A stretch of DNA of 64,000 nucleotides from the human T2T-CHM13v2.0 reference genome, Homo sapiens: assembly GCF_009914755.1 (NCBI RefSeq), contig NC_060942.1; one strand, written 5' to 3'. How positions within the stretch are numbered: the stretch's first letter is position 1; the number at the start of each line of letters is the position of its first letter. Positions 57,743-64,000 of the stretch are shown piece by piece. Position numbers and translations under genes: made by a program. The notes beneath the pieces were generated by a model, which was given only the letters and a program-made list of their open reading frames with translations, searched no databases and was not told the origin of the DNA.

Positions 57743-58983
57743 TAAGGTGAACCACTGACCACCAGCAGTCCACGTGTCTTATATGTTGTCAGCCTCCAAG
57801 GCTGGCTCTTCCCCAGGTCTCTCCATTTGAAGTTGTGACATGGCACAGACCCCACGCCAGCAGTAAGTCTCCTACATTCAAGGGCAGAGGCCAGCAGGGC
57901 CGGGCATGTGCTGAGGGAGGAGAGCCTGTCTCCCCGGGCATGGGCTGCAGGTGTCATCGTCCCGGCGTTTTCCTTTCCGACCCCAATGGAAAAGGATGGC
58001 TTGAGATCCTGCTGTGGTCTCCAAGGCCTGCACAGAGACACCCTCCCTAGGGCTCTCCTCTTGGCCACCTGCCACAGGTCACAGGGCTCATTCTCCCACT
58101 GGAAGGCTCGCAAAGAAAGAACGCGTTCCCACACACCCAGAAAACGGGACACCCACTCATTTCCAAGCCCGTTCCCAGTAGGAGCAGCTTAAAAAATGTT
58201 TCATTTTAAATGACTTCATTTGGTGGCAAACACAAAAGCATGGTAATTTATTCGTGCTTTAAGGAAAAGAATGTCTCTTTTTAAAAAATATCGTTATTTA
58301 AGTTCAGGAACTTTCTATTTGGAATCTTGAGATACGTTTAAAAAATACCCCCTTCCTTTCGACCTTCCTTAAAGACCTTGTCAAAAGCTCTGCATGATTT
58401 GTAATCTGCTAGTCTCCATGTTAATATTTGCAGCTGTGAAGCTTAGAAAACTCTCAGGTTCGCGTTAGTGAAATCTTTTGCAGGAGAAGAAAGTTTCTCA
58501 GAGCACTGTGGCTTTAGGTTAAAAGGATAAAATAAACAAAGTGAAAATTAAGTGTTTCCTTTTGGGAACTTGATACCTTGGTATAGGCACCATCTTTGTG
58601 TACAGGTTATAGCAACGGTATTAATCACTAACACATGTCTAAAAGTCTCTTTCCCAAAGTGTTCACAATCGGACGCAGAGGTGGCAGGGCGGGTGTGGAA
58701 TCCTTACCCTTTCCCCTAAAAGCCTCCCACAGAAGCAGATGGTGCTTGCCTGGCCCTTCCTGCCCTTTCCCTCCAACCCACAGGCAGCCTCGCTCTGCTC
58801 CTCAGACCCCAGGGTTCACTCACCTCTGGCAGACACAGGAGCCACAGCCTTCGCTCTCCTCGCTCTGCAGTTCTCTTTCTTCAAACAAAAATTCACCTTC
58901 ACTCTCCACAGTTGATTTTCGTTACATTTAGGAGGTCAAGTAACTTGCCAAGTGTCTGCATGGTTCATTCATCCAGAGTAGGG

Positions 58984-59406
58984 TGAGTGGTTGGCTGATC
59001 ATGACCCCCCCCAAAGATGCCCACATCTTCATCCTGGAACCTGTGAACAGCGCCTTCTATAGCAAAGGGAACTTCACAGATGCGATTAACTTAAGGATTC
59101 AGAGATGATCCAGGTGGGCCCTAAAAGTCATCACAAGTGTCTTTGTAGGAGGGAGGAGGTGTGATCACGAAAGCAGAGCTTGGAGTGAGGTGGCCACAAG
59201 CCCAGGAACAGGAGCAGCCACCAAGCACCGGAAGAGGCAAGAAGGAAATTCTCCCTGGATCCTGCAGAAGGAACCAGCCCTCTGACACCTTGACCTCATG
59301 AACCTGAGTTTGGGCTCTGGCCTGCAGAATTGTAAGGGAATAAATTGTTGTTGCTTTAAGCCGCTAAATTTGTGGTCATTTGTTACAGCCATAGGGAATG
59401 AATCCA
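58984..59406 (+). mobile_element. MLT1D-like MaLR LTR
   Basis: ccccaaagatgcccacatc...ggaacctgtgaa...aataaattgttgttgctttaagccgctaaatttgtggtcatttgttacagcc. Confidence 0.85.
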
Positions 59407-59742
59407 GGTGTATTATATAACAATTGACTCTCCCTGAAATGCAGTGTTTGCTTTTGTAGAGGGGAGTCCTTGGTTTTGGGAATTAATATGCACTTTGTGG
59501 AGTATTCGGTAGAGTGAAGGGCAGAGTTGTGAAAGGGGCATTTTGCACCCACTTCTAGCTGGCCCTGCCTCAGTTTACTAGTGTACCATTGGCCCCCTGG
59601 CGATGAAGAACTATACCAAAAGTATATTAGTATTAGCTGTTCGAATTAGCACTAGTTTTCAAAATGTCCTAGTTGATTACTTTTCTCTACCAAAATTTGG
59701 CAAACCAACCTAGCTGATCATCAGAATGACAGGGGAGGCTTT

Positions 59743-59746
<4 letters not shown>

Positions 59747-59783
<37 letters not shown>
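59747..59783 (+). repeat. Perfect A37 homopolymer inside a MER5-like element
   Basis: 37 A's flanked by catcagaat...ggggagg and gcattttaaaa MER5-like motifs. Confidence 0.9.
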
Positions 59784-59786
<3 letters not shown>

Positions 59787-62087
59787 TGACTCTGGAGTCA
59801 TCCCTAGAGATACAGATTAAGGAGGTTTGAGATGGAACCTGCATATTTGCATTTTAAAACGTTTCTGTGGGAGTTCTCATGGTTCGCCAGCTTGGGGAAA
59901 CAGTTTCCCCAGTAGTTTAAGAAACCCAGTGTCCCAGTAGTTTAAGAGACTATTTACTTTCTAGCCCTCAGGAAATGTTTATTAAGCAGAGTCTGCCTCC
60001 AGGGACTTGACTTCCTCCAGAGATAGAATTTCATGATCAATTCCAGAGCCCAGTAATAATTGTGGCAAGGAAATCCTTCACCACACTCAACTCAAACTCC
60101 TTATTCTGCAGGGTAAGTTGGACACATCCATGCAAAACATTCATTGGGTATCTGTAATGTGCCAGGCACTGGGCGTATACAAGTGAACTAAACAGGTAAA
60201 AATACCTGCCCTTCCAATCTAGACTTGATTATCCCCTTCTGTCACCCATGCTTTTCTTCCTGGGTCATCCTCCAGTCCATCCCTGACGCAATCCACTTAC
60301 TAGCCTCATGGCTCTTCTTTACATTCACCTCCAAGTTCTCTTTATTCCTAGATGGTCAGGGATCTGTGAGAATCCCATGCTGATCACAGGTCACTCACTG
60401 ACATCACTGGGCACTAAGCTGAGTGATGGGGACATGGAGGTCCCCTCACAGTCTCAAGGAAGGACATGCGCTGATTGTGTCCACAATGACGGAGCTATGT
60501 GCCAAGGCTAAGGGGAGTGCAGAGAAGGGGGCCAGGGGTCTTCTCAAAAGAGAAGAGGAAGAGGAGAAATGGGAAGCACCCTGAAGGATGGGTGGGCACC
60601 TGCCTGGTGCAGGAGGTGGGGAGAATATTTCAGCATGTGAAGAGGCAAGGAGGCAAAAGAGGAGCGTGGATGTCCTTGGGATCTCAGTCCGCATTATTCA
60701 AACAGCCACAGTAATGACCTAAGCGCCTGTAAAATCCTCACTCAAAGATCCCCTGGTTTCAGGAGGCCTATTCTTGCCTCTGACAGTCCCCTCCTGCCTC
60801 GCTGCTCCCAAATCATTTCTGGACCAGCAGAATTCCCTCCCAGACCTCAGGAAAATGCCAATCTGCCAAAATGCCAGTCTACTTTCCCAGATCAGTAAAC
60901 TTTGCCATGCGACTCTAGGTATCCCCCTTTTGTGAGCAGAGGAAGCAGCCCACATGTACTGTGTGATTGATGTGGACAAGTCCCACCCGTGAGCTGGTGA
61001 AACTCCATCAAGAAGACCTCAGGTTAGAGCTGATGTCCATGACAACAACACCCATTTGTGGCTGTGAAATACTTTGCTGTCCCCTTGTGAATGAGTGGTA
61101 ACCTCCAATACTGTTGCATCAGGCATTCACAAAGGATCTGTGGCTGCTCCTCATCCTCCTCCATGGCATACTCTTGCCCACGGAAACATCTGTCTCCACC
61201 ACTTTTCATTTATGGTTTTAGTTTTTCTCTCCCAACCCATTTCTTTGTTTAGTCCCCAATAAACCTTCTTTTATAGATTTCTATTTGTTTCTTCCAAGGA
61301 ATTAGAAGGCTTAATGTCAATTTCAATCTCCAAAGCTGGTAGCAATTGAGAAAGTGCTTTCTTCAGATCAATACTTCCTCCTGACTTTGACATTGAGCTA
61401 TTAATAATTACTTGATATATGCTGTCACCAGGAAAAACATAAGAGCCAATAGAACCACAATACGTGGATATAAAATGAGCTGGTTTTCCCTGAGAGAGAT
61501 CTTTATGGAGAGGCTTAAGTGCTTAAAAGAGACAGAAAGGTACCCTAGTTCACTTCACTCCTGTTATCCACTAAGCTCATTATCACATCGCCAGAAGTGA
61601 GGTCCATTTGTTAAGATGCACTTCAGTGACTTTTCTGCCAACCATGTATCAGCACGTCTCCCTCTCCAAGATTTCAAACTGATGACTCCTCTGCCCATTT
61701 CAGCAGCTTGCTCAGCATTGTAAATTATTTACAGCTGCTAATTGACTTGTTGGGATCCCTTATGAGTCGACTGAAGACATCTTAAGTGGGTTCCACTCCA
61801 AACATGAAATCCAGTCACCCTCCAGGGGCTGCCCCCACACCCCTGTGGCTACCCCTTCCTCCTCCGCCTCTCCAGAATCCATGTCCTCACTTGGGTACCC
61901 CAGCAGAGCAGAGGATGACAGTGGCCTGAGCGCCCTGCCTTCTCAGCCCCAGCCCTTCATTCTCTATGCCACGTGAAGTTGAATAAGATTTTCTTGAAGG
62001 GTTTAGAACAACCAAAGGGAAACAAGTGGTTGAATAGGAAGATTTTCAACTGTGTAGTGTAGGATGGCCTCCATAGTCCAAGGGGAA

Positions 62088-62636
62088 TGTGATGGTTAAT
62101 ATTAAATGTCAACTTAATTGGTTTGAAGGATGCAAAGTATTGTTCCTGGGTGTGTCTGTGAGGGTGTTGCCAAAGGAGATTAACATTTGAGTCAGTGGAT
62201 TGGGAGAGGCAGACTCATCCTCAATCTGGGTGGGCACCATCTAATCAGCTGCCATCATGGCTAAAATAAAGCAGGCAGGAGAAGACGGAAAGAGCAGATT
62301 TTCTGAGTCTTCCCATCTTCATTTTTCTCCCATGCTGAATGCTTCCTGCCCTCAAACATCAGACTCCAAGTTCTTCAGCTTTTGGACTCTCAGACTTACA
62401 TTGGTGGTTTGCCAGGGGCTCTTGGGCCTTTGGCCAGAGACTGAAGACTGCACTGTCTGCTTCCCTACTTTTGAGGTTTTAGGACTTGGACTGGCTTCCC
62501 TGCTACTCAGCTTGCAGATGGCCTATTGTGGAATTTCACCTTGTAATCATGCGAGTCAATTCTCTTTAATAAATTCCCTTTTATATATACATCTATCCTA
62601 TTAGTTCTGTCCCTCTAGAAAACCCTGAGTAATACA
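62088..62636 (+). mobile_element. MLT2A (MLT2A2-like) HERV-L solo LTR, full length
   Basis: TGTGATGGTTAATATT...GAAGGATGCAAAGTATTG...CCCTGAGTAATACA, 549 bp, 5-bp TSD gggaa/gagaa. Confidence 0.92.
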
Positions 62637-63036
62637 GAGAACAACACAAAACAGGCCAAGACCTAAGCAGGCTTAACCCCTTCTCTTACCCAGAAAGTTG
62701 CCCCAGAGACAACGCGGTTCCCACTAGCAGTACCTTCCCCTGCTGGGATTTCCCGTTTAGGATGTGCCTCTTGGTGCTAGAAGAACAGTCTGGGTTGGTG
62801 TGGGCTCTTGCCAGCAGCCACCCACATCTCCTCACCCATGTGTCTCTTTCTCCCAAACCTCACTCTGGTGCCAACTGGTGAAACACACACATTCCCAAAT
62901 TCAACGTCATGAGAAGCAACAGGAAGAATACAAACGTCCTCCTAAGAACCCAATTTGCAAGATCTTGAATGCTGACATAGGAGCTGGTACATTACTCATC
63001 TTGGGCAGACTTTATTTTTGTCACCACAACTTTCTC

Positions 63037-63394
63037 TGCTATGATTTGAATGGGTCCCCCAAAGTTCATGTGTTGGAAACTTAAACCCAACGCAACAGTG
63101 TGAAGAGGCAGGGCGTTTTAGCAGTGCTTATGTCATGAAGGCAAAGCCCATTACTGCTGTTATCATGGGAGTGGGTTCTTGGTAAAGGGACGTGTTCAGC
63201 CCCCTTCCCTTCTCTCTCAAACACACTCTTTGCATTTCTGTCATGGAATGTCTCAGCAAGAAGGCCCTCGCCAGATGCCAGCATCTAGATAGTGGACTTC
63301 CCAGCCTCTAGAACTATGAGAAATAAATTTCTTTTCAGTATAAATGACCCAGCCAGTGGTATTCTGTTATAGCAGCATGAAAAGGACTAGGATG
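63037..63394 (+). mobile_element. MST-type MaLR solo LTR
   Basis: tgctatgatttgaatg...caaagttcatgtgttggaaactta...ggacttcccagcctctagaactatgagaaataaatttc...gttatagcagca. Confidence 0.88.
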
Positions 63395-63961
63395 GTCCCC
63401 AAACCCTTTCAGATTATGTTTCCTTGGGCCTGTTAGAGGTAAAAAATGGGATTGTTTCAGAGATACCTGCCTGCTTCTCTAGCTTCACAAAGACCCAGAT
63501 ACAACTTTAAAAAGAACTGCTTACAAAAGCCTGGAAAACACAGGCCATCCTCTTCACCTGGGAGAAAAGGGAAAGGAGGGGAGAAATTGAGGGTGAAATG
63601 TGATTTTCCTTTCACTTATACACGGCGGGGAGGGGGGTGCGTTTTAAAAGGAAACTTTCATGAAGGGGAGAGGGGTCGGGGTGGCTTTCTCCAGCCCCTC
63701 ATTCTGTCACCCGCCAGGAACACTGAGTGTTCTGTAAGCTTTGCAGCAGGTTGGCTCCACCAGTGCACTTACGAAGACTTGGCACCCCAACTGTGAAAGG
63801 TTTCCAATTTTTGTACTAATTCATGTCATTTATACTTTCAGCATCATTGTAGATATTACTTCTCAAAAATGGTACCATCTCACTCAATATTTTCTTTTCA
63901 AAATAAGAGAGCTTCTGTGGAATCTCCTTTTAGGTATATACTACCATAAGATGGCTAGACA

Positions 63962-64000
<39 letters not shown>
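63962..64000. repeat. (GATA)n tetranucleotide microsatellite, runs off the window
   Basis: At least 9 perfect units. Confidence 0.98.

Noticed and set aside
59908-59950. 15-bp local duplication cccagtagtttaaga, and similar micro-duplications near 9388-9414, 18725-18750 and 42236-42330
   Set aside because: Ordinary slippage events with no evident function.

Overview
Primate, almost certainly human, intergenic DNA dominated by retroelements: about 20 Alus, ERV1/ERVK/ERVL/MaLR solo LTRs, old L1/L2 fragments and a few DNA transposons. The window opens on what looks like the AT-rich 3' UTR end of an upstream + strand gene. The only recognisable protein-coding sequence is a processed FAU (FUBI-eS30) retrocopy on the - strand with an uninterrupted 137-codon ORF; from memory this matches FAUP1 on 18q22.3, downstream of C18orf63 (unverified). 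The other ORFs in the track appear to be Alu/LTR/low-complexity artefacts. No CRISPR array, tRNA, rRNA or prokaryote-type system was seen. Main observations: (1) the FAU retrocopy inserted in sense orientation at the TATA box of an ERV1 LTR, giving a potentially complete LTR-driven retrogene, with a triple D-box cluster just beyond the LTR; (2) two long inverted repeats of ~90% arm identity (~100 bp and ~227 bp arms, ~0.8-1.0 kb spacers) not explained by paired TE copies, one copying an LTR/flank junction; (3) several closely spaced inverted Alu pairs, so the region could form extensive dsRNA if transcribed; (4) a perfect 78-bp tandem duplication next to a consensus splice donor; (5) a three-layer nested insertion (Alu in MER4-type LTR in LTR8-type LTR). 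Repeat subfamily names come from recalled consensus sequences, not from a database search.
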